A DNA stretch of 58,101 nt, the filler included, from Sphacelaria rigidula (lineage: Eukaryota), in the NCBI GenBank assembly GCA_964200075.2. It is 9 parts of 9 records of this genome, joined end to end, with 100 filler letters (N's around TTAATTAATTAA, not from the genome) between each part and the next. Parts side by side here need not be neighbours in the genome. Positions count along the whole stretch, not along the records: positions 32,338 to 38,703 come from CAXNAA020020501.1; positions 38,804 to 45,169 come from CAXNAA020020502.1; positions 45,270 to 51,635 come from CAXNAA020020503.1; 6 more parts are not named here. One strand, 5' to 3'. Below the pieces are notes generated by a model. It searched no databases. It saw only the letters and a program-made list of their open reading frames with translations, and had not been told where the DNA came from. A program made the translations under genes and the position numbers. Within the stretch, counting starts at the first letter, position 1. Each line of letters opens with the position of its first letter. This document shows, one piece after another, positions 33,867-46,412 of this stretch.

Positions 33867-35151
33867 CAGGGCCATACACGTTACTCGTTCACGTTCACGT
33901 TACGTTCATCACTTCTGTAAAATTTAACATCACGTTACGGTTCGTTTGGCACGTTGAAAAATTGAACGCTGCGTGAACGTTTCATGTTAATTTAACGGTC
34001 ACCTAACGCTACATTCATCACGTTGAAAAAAATAACGTTACGTTTCATTACATGTAACGTAATATGAATTGTTTCAATGTCACGTGTAGCGTCTAATATA
34101 CAGTCTCATTGACACAGGTAACGCTCGAATGTAAGGTTTCATTCTGTGCATGTCGCGGCTCGTTCACCAGTGTTAAAGGCATTGTAACGAGTGATGTAAC
34201 GCGTGACGTTACCAAGTACTTGATGCTGACGGTGACCCGTCGTATGCTTGAGCGTAGGCGCATTATCTGATTACGTAACGTTATTTTCTCTACAGTGTGT
34301 CATCCATTCGTTTTTGACCGTTTTGTTTTCAACTTTCAATTTTCGAATGCTTGGTGATTCGCACGACAGCACAAACTGTACACACAACAGCTCGTGAACA
34401 CGATTGAACGCCGGCTATTAGACGTTACACGTGCATCAGACGTTACACGTGCATCAGACGTTACACGTTACATGAAACGTCATAAACACGTTAGATGAAG
34501 CGGTGCACAATTCCAGTTTGCGATAAGATTTGAAATCCTAGAAGATTGTGCTTCAATAAACACGAGTGACTTTGAATAACCATGGTATAGGACATCCTAT
34601 TTCAGCAAGTTCGCGCGCTCCGCGCCACAGCACACATTACAAGTCGTCGTTGCAGCACAGCATCATGATATCATAACCACCTTGATTACATTCATATCAA
34701 TACAATATTGGCTGGAGGCTGCGACACCCCTTAGTTGTGGACCCGCCGATCCTCCCTTTGGATCCATCTCATGCACCTGTTGCACGCAAACGTGGCGTGA
34801 ACATGACGTGAACGGGCACGTCACACTCGGTCTCTTGTATTGATATGAATGTGGTCAATATGATTATGATGCTATGATGCTCTGCTGCAACGATAACTTA
34901 TAACGTGTGCGCGCGAACATGCTGAAATAGTGTGTCTTATACCATGGTCATTCAAACTCACTCGCTTTTACAGAAGCACCATCTTCTAGGATTTCAAATC
35001 GCATTGCAAACTTGAAGTGTGCACCGCTTCATGTAACGTGTTCAAGACGTTTCATGTAACATGTACCGTGAAAATAAAAATTACGTTCCCGTCACGTTTC
35101 GGCCAAAACTTAACGTGTAACGTTGTGGCACGTGTAACGTGTATATCCCTG
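33867..35151 (+). mobile_element. ACGT-rich non-autonomous hAT-type element in a sulfotransferase intron
   Basis: TIR CAGGGCCATACACGTTAC / GTAACGTGTATATCCCTG. Homologous (inverted) to 52793-54777. TSD degenerate here. Confidence 0.8.
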
Positions 35152-35167
35152 GGGGAAAAAGACCTAC

Positions 35168-35338
35168 CCATTTCGGAAGACTATAAAAATCAGGCACGTC
35201 CTTCAGCTGCTTCCCGTCCCATCGCCTCGACCCTTTCTTGGTCTGCATCATGCGAGCATACGTCATGTCGATCATATCCCACCCCAGCAGCCGCCGCATC
35301 ACCATCAGTCCCTCATCGAACTTCTCCGTCAACATAGT
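35168..35338 (-). CDS. Gal-3-O-sulfotransferase-family, exon 3 of 4 visible
   Basis: AG..GT, 171 nt, TMLTEKFDEGLMVMRRLLGWDMIDMTY... (E.FDE.L.L....L.W...D..Y motif of this family). Confidence 0.88.
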
Positions 35339-36260
35339 CTGCAAATAATCAAACGACAAAAAAACTAGTTATGAAAAAAAGCCAAACTCCGCTGTAACTT
35401 TTCTCTCCATTTATGTATATATATATATATACACACACACTACAAAATGTTTCGAGGATGCTACTCGCTGCAATAAAATACTGTACAATAATCAAAGTTC
35501 CGCTCCCGTTCGTGAAAACAAAACATGGAAACCTCGCAAGTGCAGGTCGAGTAGAGTATACTCGATTGCGGAGTATTTTGAAAGACGTACTAGAGGTACA
35601 CAAATTAGGGTAGAGTGTTAGCAGTCGTACCCGAAAAATAACTGGAAAACGGTTAACCTTGTCTACTCCCCCCCCCCCGCGCGCGCGCCCTCCTTTTGTT
35701 TTTCCCACAGTACAGTACAGGCGAGTAATCGTTATGCGGTGCAATTATAAAAAAAGATAGAAGAATCGCTGCCAAATATCGACAGAGTCATGCACAACCT
35801 GGACAATAGTTTGCATCGTCTAACGCAGTGTTGATTATTGCGTCCGTCTATTGCCAACAGACAGCAGATTCCAGACTGTACGCAGCACATTTTTCGACAA
35901 CATAATCAATTGTCATCATCCAAGGTGCGGAGTCCTGGCACGTTTTCAAGGGTTGGACGGATAGAGATTCGTTTGAAAACTCATGTTTTTTTGGTGCAAT
36001 TGATTCATACCGCACCCACCGATCATCGGGAGTTATTTTCACCGTTGCACCACAGGTACGGACGCGCACCCCAGGCATGCGGAATAGCGCAAACATTGCG
36101 TAGACCTTTTCTGGCCCGCGGTGATTCTTCCTCGTACCTCTCTCTTTCAAGCGACCAAGCCTCAGAAATTGTAGACTTGGTGAGATATGAACCAGCCATG
36201 CTTTGTCCGACCCTTTCACGTTTTGTCATGTTTTTCTTCTTCTCTATAGTCATATCTCAC

Positions 36261-36416
36261 CAACCGCAGGTCCGGAAGCTGGTTGTCGATGAAGTCGGTG
36301 AGTTGCTCCTCGGACCGTATGCCAAATTCGTGGCACATGGGATTGTAAAGCCGCTGCTTGTAGCCCTTGAACCGATCATCGTTCCTCTTGCTACTGAAGA
36401 AGTGCTGAAGAGAAAG
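36261..36416 (-). CDS. Gal-3-O-sulfotransferase-family, exon 2 of 4 visible
   Basis: AG..GT, 156 nt, phase 0, LSLQHFFSSK...RLYNPMCHEFGIRSEEQLTDFIDNQLPDLRL. Confidence 0.8.
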
Positions 36417-36996
36417 CTATTAGAGACAGACAGGCAGACAGGAATGGAGAGAGGGGGGGGGGGACAAAACAAGACGGAATTACATGTGGAACAAGACACA
36501 TGCACACACGCACTGGGAGATGATACACCCGGCCACCCAGCCACCTAGGAATCGTGTCTAGCTGGCTGCTTTTGTCTGCAGGTTCCGGACAGGACGACAC
36601 GACTACAGTACCGCCAAATATATTATGCCGCTAGGCTACGCTGCTACAATACGCTATAATGTTCAACTCACTTCCTGTGCACATGCACGTCATCCCACAG
36701 CCCATTTTCCATTCCTTTCTGATATGATTTGATCGATTTGAATGATCATTATTGTCGCGCGTCTAACCTCGTCAACAAACGCACATGCTTTTCTGTTCCG
36801 AAATGTTGTTCGGGGGACCAGCATCCCACGAGTTTTTGCAGGATTTCTCTTACAGGCAGGCGTACATGGAAGTGTTGAAAGAGGACAAGGGCGCTTCTGG
36901 CTGGAGAGTTTCACAAAGAGGTGGTGTTATCGAACGGGGGGGCGCAACAACCGTGTCCCCCGGGACAAATGCGGAGCGTTCACGTTTCTTCCGCAC

Positions 36997-37200
36997 CTGA
37001 GTGTCCGGCTGTATGTAGTAGTAGTAGTAGCTCATGAGATGCGCTCGAGGACTGCGCAGCACCGTGATGTAGTTGATGCGCTCGTCTTCCCGCATGATGT
37101 TCTCGTACTGCTTTTTTGCTGCTTCCCAGCGTCCCCCGAACTCGCCGGCCGGTGTGTAGTGGTAGTGCATCACGTCCACCCGCTCGCCGCTGTCCTTTGT
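36997..37200 (-). CDS. Galactose-3-O-sulfotransferase-family protein, internal exon 1 of 4 visible
   Basis: AG..GT bounded, 204 nt, TKDSGERVDVMHYHY...YITVLRSPRAHLMSYYYYYIQPDTQ; contains the 3'-PB-type motif T.LR.P....S.Y.Y. Confidence 0.85.
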
Positions 37201-37209
37201 CTGTGCTCC

Positions 37210-37590
37210 ATGATCATCGTTGTTATCATTATTATTATGTACTGGTAAATCATAGTATCACTATTATATTACTATGGATAATATCATCAATATCAACATT
37301 AACTTCATCATCGGTATCACTTATTACTATGACCATTATCATATACCTTGATCATTATCACATACCTTGATCATTATCATGATTATCATTTAAATCATTC
37401 GTCATCACGATCATTACAAGTATGACCATCATCAACATCACTTTCAATATCGTTACCATGCACAATACCTTTGTCCTCTTCACTGCCAATATCGTCATCA
37501 ATATATCGATATCAATACCATCATCAGTATTTATAACAACGTCAATATCATTACTTTCATCAGTTATCATTATTAGTACTATAATTATTG
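37210..37590 (+). repeat. Degenerate (ATC/ATT)n low-complexity tract (intronic)
   Basis: Trinucleotide-periodic ATC/ATT/ACC-rich sequence. Confidence 0.85.
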
Positions 37591-38703
37591 CAGTGGAGGT
37601 GAGCGTGATACGTGCACTATGTATGTCCTGTGGAAATCGAAAATAATATCATTGATTCGCTCAAGCTACCGCCTGAGCCCGTAGAAACACCATGAATGGC
37701 GAGGTAATCATCTTGCTGGTATTTTCATATCCCACTGTACCGTATTTACTGAGTACCTGGAAAATGCTTCACCCGTCTGCTATGCGAATCCAGGTACTAT
37801 CATTCGGTGAGATATATAGGCAGGAAACACACAAGCTCCACATACAACATTCGAACACCGAACATCATCTGTATATAAATATATGCGTATGTGTCTGTGT
37901 AAAATAGTGAGCAGCGACGGGGTTACACCAGCGAGTGCTAAATATCACTGCACCCTTATTTCTTCCCGCATCGTGTACTTATATGTACGGTATACTTTCT
38001 CGCCTTATTATTCAAAATCTCTATGTGGTACGGTACAGCATTTAGTCATGCTCCATCACCCCCCCCCTCCTCCCCCCAGGTTTTGCGGCCCGCGAAATAC
38101 AGCACACATGTACGCCACGAGAATCTGGCAAAAAAAGTAGCTTTGTTTCCACGTGCAACTCGCATAACGCCGATTTTCACCACACACGACTTCAACAGAT
38201 AAAAACTAATCAATCGGTCGGAGGGGGGCTAAAAAGAGGCAGCAAAAGGACATCAAAACAGACGAAAGCACCTGAAAAGACTAATTAAAATAGAAGTCAC
38301 AAAAAATACGAGTCACAAGTTCGTTCTGAAATCTTGCTTTCACAACACCCCGCTCGCGCTCCCAACCCAATAACAAACCCATTTTTTTCACTCATATCTA
38401 GACTCGCCTGCTGTGCGGCGTCCCAGAGCGGGATTTCCGAGACATGATGTCCAGTGAATGACGCCAGCTGTAGGCAGACAAACCAATCACCGATCGAACA
38501 GGAGTTAGATGAACGACAAGCAGACCCGCAGTCACGGAAAGCGGGAGAAGGAGGGAAGAGGGCGAAGGGTCGGCATATAGCATAGCTGCAGACAAATTAT
38601 GATAGCCATCACATGAAAAAAATAGGCCTCTGGGTGCTTCACAATAGAGGTAACTAATATCACGATTATCCTGATCTTTGGTTCTAGGTCGCTCACAGCG
38701 CAG

Positions 38704-38803
38704 NNNNNNNNNNNNNNNNNNNNNNNNNNNNNNNNNNNNNNNNNNNNTTAATTAATTAANNNNNNNNNNNNNNNNNNNNNNNNNNNNNNNNNNNNNNNNN
38801 NNN
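38704..38803. other. Artificial contig linker
   Basis: Same 100-bp linker. Confidence 0.99.
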
Positions 38804-38876
38804 AGTATTTGAGAGCCGTCTTATTTACTATAAAACAAAAAAACACCCCAAAAAAACCCGCCGCCGGGGAAAAAAA

Positions 38877-39243
38877 GGGGGGGGGGGGGGGGGGGGTACT
38901 CATGATCTTTGCATGCGGTAGTCGTACGACCATTGACCTCGCATCCCTACATAGCCGGGGCCGAGCACACCCGATTTTCGCCGGACCAGACTCGGGATCA
39001 AATAACTAAGCGCGAAGCGCCTTGATGTGTTTGGCGAGTCACATGAGGGGTGACTTGCATCTTGCTAAGATTGACCAGCGTACTGGTTATCTCACATATG
39101 GATGACAGCCTCCAATGAGTTGCAAACGAGAAAAAAAGCGGAATCCTCGTCGCCCAGCTTACGCAATGGGTACCGCGTTTCACAGCGCCTTTGCCAACCG
39201 ATGCCAACCCTTCAAGGGGGGTGTACTGGGGCGGGGGGGGGGG
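38877..39243 (+). mobile_element. Poly-G-bounded repeat related to the 26360-27242 element
   Basis: polyG-TACTC..TAGTC..GACCATTGACC.CGCATCCC; colinear with the reverse complement of 51761-52305. Confidence 0.75.
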
Positions 39244-41327
39244 AAATTACTTTCTCGTTACTCCTAAATGCCTATTTTTATTTTTGTGTTATCGTGTTTC
39301 GACGATGGCGAGAAGTCCAGCAAGGCATCGATGACCGTCCGGCGTGTATTGCATTTGCATCCAGAAATAGCCGTTATAACTTCGTATTCGAGCTGCTGCC
39401 ATCTCTTCTTTTGCTGAACGCCGTCCGTTTTGTTCCTACCGCTTTTGTTGTCTCTTTTGTGTTTATTGTACGGCACGCTTCGCTGTTGCAGTGCTTCGGC
39501 TGCCTAGTTTACACTGCTCACCCCCACCGGCTCCGCTACCACCGCCTGCCCCGCCAGATGCCATCGTTGATGTGGAGCAACGCGTCCCTTGAATGTTGTG
39601 TTGATAGATGAATTTTATAAATACTCAATGTTTAGATGTATGTTGACTGACCATGGGTACGTTTATCTTGTTACTGGATCATGGCTGAATTGGTCCGGAA
39701 TAAAATACCGTGCGACGATTAATCAATCGATGTAAGTGAGTAATACAAGGTGTGTGAAATAGAGGGGCTCGTGCACATACTGTATCTCGGAATTGGCACA
39801 GCATTTCCTACTTTCTAGTTTTTTTTCTCTTCACTCGGATTTGGAATCCTCGTCAAAACTAAGAATGGATTTTCATGTATGCCTGGCCATATGTTTCTGT
39901 GTCAAAACAATGCTTTACTGGGTTGTAGTGGGAAGGGTGTGGAGTGTGGTTCCAATTTTGAGATATGCGTGATTTCCCTCGGTTGAAGTAGTACCGCTTG
40001 ATATTATCAACTGCAGCGACGGGGAGGGTGTGCTCAGTCGCCGAAGTTGATGATACATGTTGTGCTGCGGTGTTGATGCGCGAGCGTGCTGGTGAAAGGG
40101 GTCTCGGCGACCTGGGGAACCTCCGGACGCTGGTCGGGTGTAGTCTTGGGGAGGTGAGAAGCGGCGGGCAGTGAAATGTACCGTACCCGTTGTGATACCG
40201 TGCCCGTCCGCTTGCTCGCTGTAAGAGCCGTGCCTGCCACAAGGGCCATCAGCATCGACTTGCGCAGCCATAGCTAAGGGTGGTGTCCCCCAAATACCAA
40301 TTTCCATGTAATTCTGTTTAAAATTGAGAAGAAGAGTTTGCCGGATTACAACAGTAGCAAATAGTATCGGAATGTCTGCTTGATCTTCAATTATATTTTT
40401 TCGTAGTCGTGCTTGGGTGCGCGTTGCTGACGATTATGATCTATGGTCCAGGTGCCGTGTGTGGGTGCCCACGTGGCGACGTGTGGCCGGAGCAGGTTAG
40501 CACAGCGCCACACCCTCCATGAGTGCATCAACACAAACAGTCGATATCTGTTTTGCTCCTGACGAGTGACAGTGTAGTACGCCGGCGAGAAATACCCCGC
40601 ACGGTTTGTGATGGACTCCGAAAAACAGTTGGAGTGTGCACTTATAATATACAAATACATATATATATATATATTTGAAGTAGGATATGTTGAAACATGG
40701 GTGTGGACGGATGCTGTGTATAATTGTGGTAGTTGTTGAGAGCTGAGCAAGGACTGATGTACGTTTGTATTGTCGCGTGTTTCGCTGTCGCTGTGGGCGA
40801 TGTCTCATCATTGAACAATGTCTTGCTTTTTTAATTAATTTTGATCGTGGACTTCTTTCTAGGGAGGATAAAGTGGGTCGACCCACCCCCTATTCAGACA
40901 CAATGGGGGTAGTGGGAAAACACACGTATGGGCTCTACCCGTGCTCCTCTGAAATTGATCTAAATCCAATCCTGAGACGATTGCAAGTCGACCATGGCCT
41001 AAGTAGGGCACAGGGATAGACTTTCACGAGCTGTCGGGCGCGCCTGTGGGTCAGTGCCGGGGGCACAAGGGCTGCGCAGGAGGCCCCCGTGTCTGTCCGA
41101 TAACGAGGTGGGACGACCCGGCGCCATCTACTCTTTCTATCCCTCCTCCCCTTTGCCTCATTTCTCGACCCTCGCTTTTGCCGAAATATATCCAGTATTG
41201 ACCACTCTCCGCTCCTTACAACTCACCCTCCACACTATCTCACGCCCGGCACCATCAGGATGTTTAGCTGGTCGCTACCTCACGGCGCAATAACTAAAAA
41301 GACTGACAATGATCTCTCAAATGTTAT

Positions 41328-43187
41328 TGTTCCAATTTCCAGCATGAAAAATGGTGTTGTCTATAGCATTTTCTCGTGTCACCTTGTTTTCTTGTGACGG
41401 TAAACGTGTGACAGAAACCTCATATTTTTTCAAAACTTTGGTCCCAACGCAGTCGTACAGTATTCCAATTTCACAAAGTGAATTTGGTTTCTGCTGCGGG
41501 TGAAAATTCCGACAGGAATCTTCAGCGATCTGATTTTCGCGACCCGATTCTTGCGACATTTTTTTGCCAGGTTTTTCCAGCCTAAAACCCCATAAAAATC
41601 GTTTTCTTGGAAATAACTTCGTCTAATAGACACCAAACGCATCCTGCTCCGAGGGGCACCTGGTCACACAGCAGTTGTCGTTGCCTACCTAGTATCATCC
41701 TCCAAATCGAAGTCTTGAATGAGAACCCCCAGCGTTTGGTGCCCATGTTCCAATTTCCAAGTTGCTTGTTGTGTCAGGCTATTCCAGATTCGGCATTGGA
41801 TTTCTGTGACAGAAGAACAAGCAAAACATTTCGAGAACTTTTCACAAAACAAGCAGAACTTTTCAAGAGCTGCTCCAAACGTGACCCCATTATCTGGAGG
41901 GTACTACACTGAACACAACACAATTCTGTAGTGGTATATGGAGTACAGAGTACTACACTGAACACAAGACAACACAGCAGTTCTGCAGTGTTTTTTAGAA
42001 CCTTCACATGTTCTCTTGTTGCAAAATCAGTAGTGTCCAGCTGCTGCTAATTCTGCTGCTGTACTACTACGAAAGAACACGCCCTCGAGGTAGGGCATGC
42101 CGCAGCGCGCACACCCATAACACAGCTCACACGCACACATACACTGACAAATCACCACTAGCTAGCCGCAAAAGTAGCAGCAGCAGCAGCACTGTAGTAC
42201 GGAGACCGCCGTTGAACTTACCGCACACGCTTCACGCCCGCGCACAACAGAGCTGGCACATCATTTCTGAACCTCCCTACCCAAAACAGAGCAGGCGGCA
42301 TGCCACAGCGCGCACACCCACAACACAGCTCACACGCACACGTACACTGACGAACCACCACTAGCTAGTAGCAAAAGCAACAGCAGCAGCAGTACTGTAG
42401 TACGGAGACCGTCGTTGAACTTATCGCACACGCGTCACATGCCTAGCAGGCAACTGAATCATCACGTACTCTTGTGTGTTTGGGTCATTATTGTGTGTTC
42501 GGATCAAATGTTTGTAGCGAAGATATATTTTATATTCCGGGTGTGTTCGCCGTTGTCTCTCTGTCCTTCGCCGCGTTTATTGTGTTGGTGTGTTGGTGGT
42601 CGAAGACAATAAGAGCAGTCTCGAAAACCCTTTCGATGGCGATGTCACCAAACCATCTGCTGTCGTCCTGATGGTATAGGTTACTTGTGCTCACGGCACA
42701 GCTTTCAGAGCAGTTAATACCACCGTCCCGCACAATACTGTCTGTATAGAGCACAGTACTGTCTACTACTACTTACTGTTTGCGGTTAGGGGCAATGCAA
42801 CGCGGCACTCTCTGTACTAAATACTAAAACCAATTGATCTTGACACACAAGAGTGCGTACTTCAGTTGTCTGTATTGTCTTTGGAATATGCCTTCAATAC
42901 AAACATTTGATCCGAACACACAACAATTGATCCAAACACACAAGAGTACGTGATGGTTCAGTCGCCTGCTAGGCGCGTGAAGCGTGTGCGATAAGTTCAA
43001 CGGCAGTTTCCGTACTACAGTACTGCTGCTGCTGTTGATTTTGCGGCTAGCTAGTGGTGGTTCGTCAGTGCATATGTGCGTGTGAGCTGTGTTATGGGTG
43101 TGCGTTCTGTGGCATGCCTCATGTGCCTGCTCTGTTTCGGGTGGGTGGGGTCAAAAATGGTGTGCCGGCTCTATTGTGAACGGGCGA
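41328..43187. repeat. Composite repeat with a large inverted duplication (same family as 11122-11880)
   Basis: 42235-42516 is the reverse complement of 42898-43187; ~205-bp internal tandem duplication at 42093-42435. Confidence 0.85.
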
Positions 43188-43301
43188 ATTCGAAAATGGC
43201 GTTAGTAAGACCGGCGGGCCTGCATAAATTCGATGTGGAACTGGTTCTAGACTGCTGACAGGTTCTGTTCTTTTACCAGCGCTGGCGAAAACACGACGGG
43301 T

Positions 43302-43562
43302 GCTCTTTTCGGGGCAAACACGACGGAGAAGGGTGGAAAAAGCCCTTTTCAACAAGTTATATTTGTTGATAACTTGATCGTTTGTTATTGAAAATATTGT
43401 TTTTGCCAAGAACGAAACTATGACCTACGGGAAACGCAAAGGTGCTCTGAAACGGTCTCAGCGAGTAGAGCAAGTCATTCCAAGGTGTCAACATCCGCTG
43501 AGCCCTCTTTTCGGGGCAAAAACGACGGAGAAGGATAAAAAAAGCACTTTTCCACAAGTCAG
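43302..43562 (+). repeat. Direct repeat pair (~57 bp, ~203-bp spacing)
   Basis: CTCTTTTCGGGGCAAA(C/A)ACGACGGAGAAGG...CTTTTC.ACAAGT at ~43304 and ~43506. Confidence 0.85.
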
Positions 43563-45169
43563 ATTTTTCGATACATACGAAGTAGCCTAACAAAGGAAAA
43601 GGAAAACAAATTTGAAGCGCGATGCGAAGCAAAGCAATCTATACAAGGAAGGATGATCTTCATTTAGTACCATGCTCCAAAATGTATCTGACAAGGGGGC
43701 AACACCCCCGTACAGACAGTAGAAATACTAGCGGGTCCTACGTCTTGGTAGTCTGTGACAGTCTGGCAGCCGGCAAGTTGGTTATGGTAGTGTCCTTCTA
43801 GCGATATCGACGTACAGTGCACTGGAGCAGAGGTTGCAGATAAGGTTTTCGGCGATTACCTCACCTGCAGTTCGCCCAGATGTTGCGGATTTGTTCTCGA
43901 TATCACCGAGTAACATTATATATATACAGGTAGAAACGTACCAGACTCTCCATTACATAATAAGTCGAGATGTACGAGATCCTGCATTATGTATGGAAAT
44001 GTACCCAACCGTGGACAAAATATTCTACAGTCAGTACGAACACGTTGTTGGAAGTGTACTGCGCAAAATCAGTGTGTTCTTGTCTCAGCTATTCTGGACG
44101 CCGGTCTCCACCTTTCGGAATAGGTGGGCGCACCAGCCGCGGCTGTGTTACCATACACCTTCGCCAATAGATACAGGCTGTAGCCTCTGCAAGACAAACT
44201 GGACAAGAGGACTATCCACGAGGGACTCCTCCAGCAGCACTGGCCTCGTGCTCAACCAGTCCTTTCTTAACAAGCAAGGGAGCCATTACAGCGGCGGAGG
44301 CGTGTTGGTTGGCTCGGGTGCCCGTGGAGAGCTGTTGAGATAGTTTATTGAAGCAGGTCAGCCAGGCTGATTGCGGTGTTGGGATGAAGTGAGATGGTGT
44401 GCGCACCATGCACTTCGTGTCACCCCATCAAGACTTCACGTATGTAACAACACGCCTAAATGCGGTGTAACACCCTACACGTGTGTCCGATCAGATCACC
44501 ACACGTCAGGCCAGCCACTGCACCGTAGATCCTTCTCGTGGACCTCCTCAAAGATACTCAGTTACTCCAATACCCCCCCTAACTTGTCAATGGTCTTATG
44601 ACTATGGCAAGCATGATCATGAGTACACCCTAACTTGTAATATCGTCGGACTCAATATCATGAGTAAATCATGATGGGATAATTTCGCACATGCAAAAAT
44701 GGATCCTTTCTTCCCCTAAATTTTACGCAAGAACTCGGAACAATCAAACGCAAAAACAAATCAATCCCATACTCTCCTACTCAACACGCAGTCTCGACCC
44801 AGTTGGGGAGATAAGCAACTGAACACATACCGTCTCAACCCAACCTAGCCCGGCTGGGGAGATTAACGCACAGCTTGAAAACTCTGAAGGCACGTACCGA
44901 GGTGACCCTCGAGGCATCAGAGGTGAGCGTCCGCTGATTCAAAACCAAGCTGAAGAATCGGGAGAAGAGGTCCGCTCCTGCTCCCGACCCAGAAACAATC
45001 GTGAAACATCCTGCAGTCTCATAGAGGGAAATGTACCAATTAAGATACGCTCAAGGCACTTGGTGGGAAAAAATCTATATCTTGGGACCCATGGCACCTC
45101 AAACAACGCCCAGGGTATTGAAAGAGAGATAATTTAATGATCTATCACCCGAGCTTTTCAAAATTGAAA

Positions 45170-45269
45170 NNNNNNNNNNNNNNNNNNNNNNNNNNNNNNN
45201 NNNNNNNNNNNNNTTAATTAATTAANNNNNNNNNNNNNNNNNNNNNNNNNNNNNNNNNNNNNNNNNNNN
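45170..45269. other. Artificial contig linker
   Basis: Same 100-bp linker. Confidence 0.99.
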
Positions 45270-45668
45270 CCCCCATTTGTTGACTAAGGTGAGCAACAAA
45301 TTAGTACGCCGCCCCTCCTTCCCCCCCCCCCCCTGGATACAACCCGCCTCTGGGTGATGATTTCTTGGGCCCCCATAAAATCGTCACTTATGGGACCTAT
45401 GTCCGAATCATCACCTACGGCACGCCACTGCCATCGTGAAAACAATCAACAATCCAATTGAATCAAGAGTTATTTTCTATGAAGAAGTGATTCCTGCACT
45501 GACTTATTTTTTATTGGCGAGAAAAATGTTCCTTTTTTTTTGTTGCCTCTTGCAGATGGTCATAATATAGAACCGAAAGACGTCATCGAGAGGGTCTTGC
45601 TGCAGTATAGTACAGTACTCCGTCGGCCTTGGTGACAAATATCAGTGCAAGAAGTTGTGCATGTGTAC

Positions 45669-45770
45669 CTTTTCCATCTTGGCAGTAGCCACCACGGCGG
45701 CATGACCATCTCCCTGTGCTCGAGCCGCGTGCAGCCGTTGCTTGTTTCTTTGGAGCGACCCATTAGCAGC
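45669..45770 (-). CDS. SNX-BAR/Vps5-like, exon 5 of 5 visible
   Basis: AG..GT, 102 nt, AANGSLQRNKQRLHAARAQGDGHAAVVATAKMEK. Confidence 0.72.
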
Positions 45771-46310
45771 CTGTTTTTTCAAGCACCAAACGATTCCAGC
45801 TTTTCACCTCACACAGACACAACAAAAATATGCATACATGCGTAAAAGGATAGAAAAAAACCATACCATTCCTTACTTCTGGTGTTGATGGTAGTTCGGT
45901 TCCCGAGTTGGCTCAAATTCTGTTTGGCCTCGCGTGTCGAGTGGGAACGTTGAGCTTTGCCTCCATCAAGTCCGATCGGTCGCCTGCAGCCCCGAAACAT
46001 CATGAGGTTCGCAGTATTTCTTTGTATTTTGTATCGCATCTGTTGTAAAAAACAGTTCTGGGTCCTTCGTACGTTCACTTTTATTTTGTTTCCTCATGCC
46101 TTATTTTGGGTAGTTAGCCTATGATCACGGATGGCGTCCACACCAGACACCCAGTACGAACTTGTTTTTGTCTTGACATCAAAAAACCGCTCCGATATCT
46201 GCGCAGTACTCTGTACTGGGCATCTGATGCGGACGCCTTCCGTGATCCCAGGTAAACTACCGTGCCTACTCAAGTACACCACTCCTACCAACAATCGTAC
46301 GAGTGAATAC

Positions 46311-46412
46311 CTGCAGAGCGTCCAAGGCTTTCCCTCTTCCGCGATGAACTTCTTTTCCCGACGCGAGGTATCCCAGCTGTTCCCTTAGAGGGTCGAGGAA
46401 CTCAGACTCCTC
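46311..46412 (-). CDS. SNX-BAR/Vps5-like, exon 4 of 5 visible
   Basis: AG..GT, 102 nt, EESEFLDPLREQLGYLASGKEVHRGRGKALDALQ (F..PL.E....L.S.K....R...L...Q pattern of Vps5 BAR helix 2). Confidence 0.78.

Noticed and set aside
35838..36548. 236-aa plus-strand ORF
   Set aside because: Antisense shadow of the sulfotransferase exon and intron on the minus strand
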